Below are positions 63,960 through 64,000 of a stretch of DNA of 64,000 bases, one piece after another. The translations under genes were made by a program, and so were the position numbers. Under the pieces are notes generated by a model that worked only from the letters and a program-made list of their open reading frames with translations, was not told the origin of the DNA and did not search any database. Position 1 is the first letter of the stretch. Every line of letters begins with the position of its first letter. Source of the DNA: Perna viridis (Eukaryota). The stretch covers positions 6,696,001 to 6,760,000 of the forward strand of contig CM074521.1 in assembly GCA_037379345.1 (NCBI GenBank), read 5' to 3'.

Positions 63960-64000
63960 GGAGGTAGACCTGAGGTAAGGAACATAACACTTCAAATCAG
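63960..64000. mobile_element. Same TTAA MITE, left end (cut by the window edge)
   Basis: ttaa ggaggtagacctgaggtaagg. Confidence 0.7.

Overview
AT-rich eukaryotic DNA, most likely a mytilid-type bivalve (inferred from the repeat families). The supplied ORF track is almost all noise: the real genes are split into small exons that I assembled by hand from GT-AG sites and intron phases. Gene 1 (minus strand) is an ADAMTS-family metalloprotease: 18 phase-consistent coding exons from 17677 down to 243, 709 codons, continuing past the left edge. It has a signal peptide, M12B propeptide, HELGHNLGMYHD zinc site, disintegrin-like, TSP1 and Cys-rich domains. Gene 2 (plus strand, divergent) has 6 phase-consistent exons from 39116 to 63838, 257 codons, continuing past the right edge. 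It encodes a signal peptide, a divergent Reeler-like domain, an RIRR linker and an FRRS1L-type DOMON domain. The rest is introns and intergenic DNA holding Penelope-like retroelement fragments, two SINE families, Helentron-type non-autonomous elements, MITEs, a ~170-bp satellite and a 166-N gap. The most unusual signal is in the ADAMTS gene: two adjacent catalytic-domain exons have had their own splice junctions amplified into tandem arrays (11 x 45-46 bp of the exon 7 acceptor; 5 x 38 bp of the exon 8 donor), and every decoy site leads to a premature stop.
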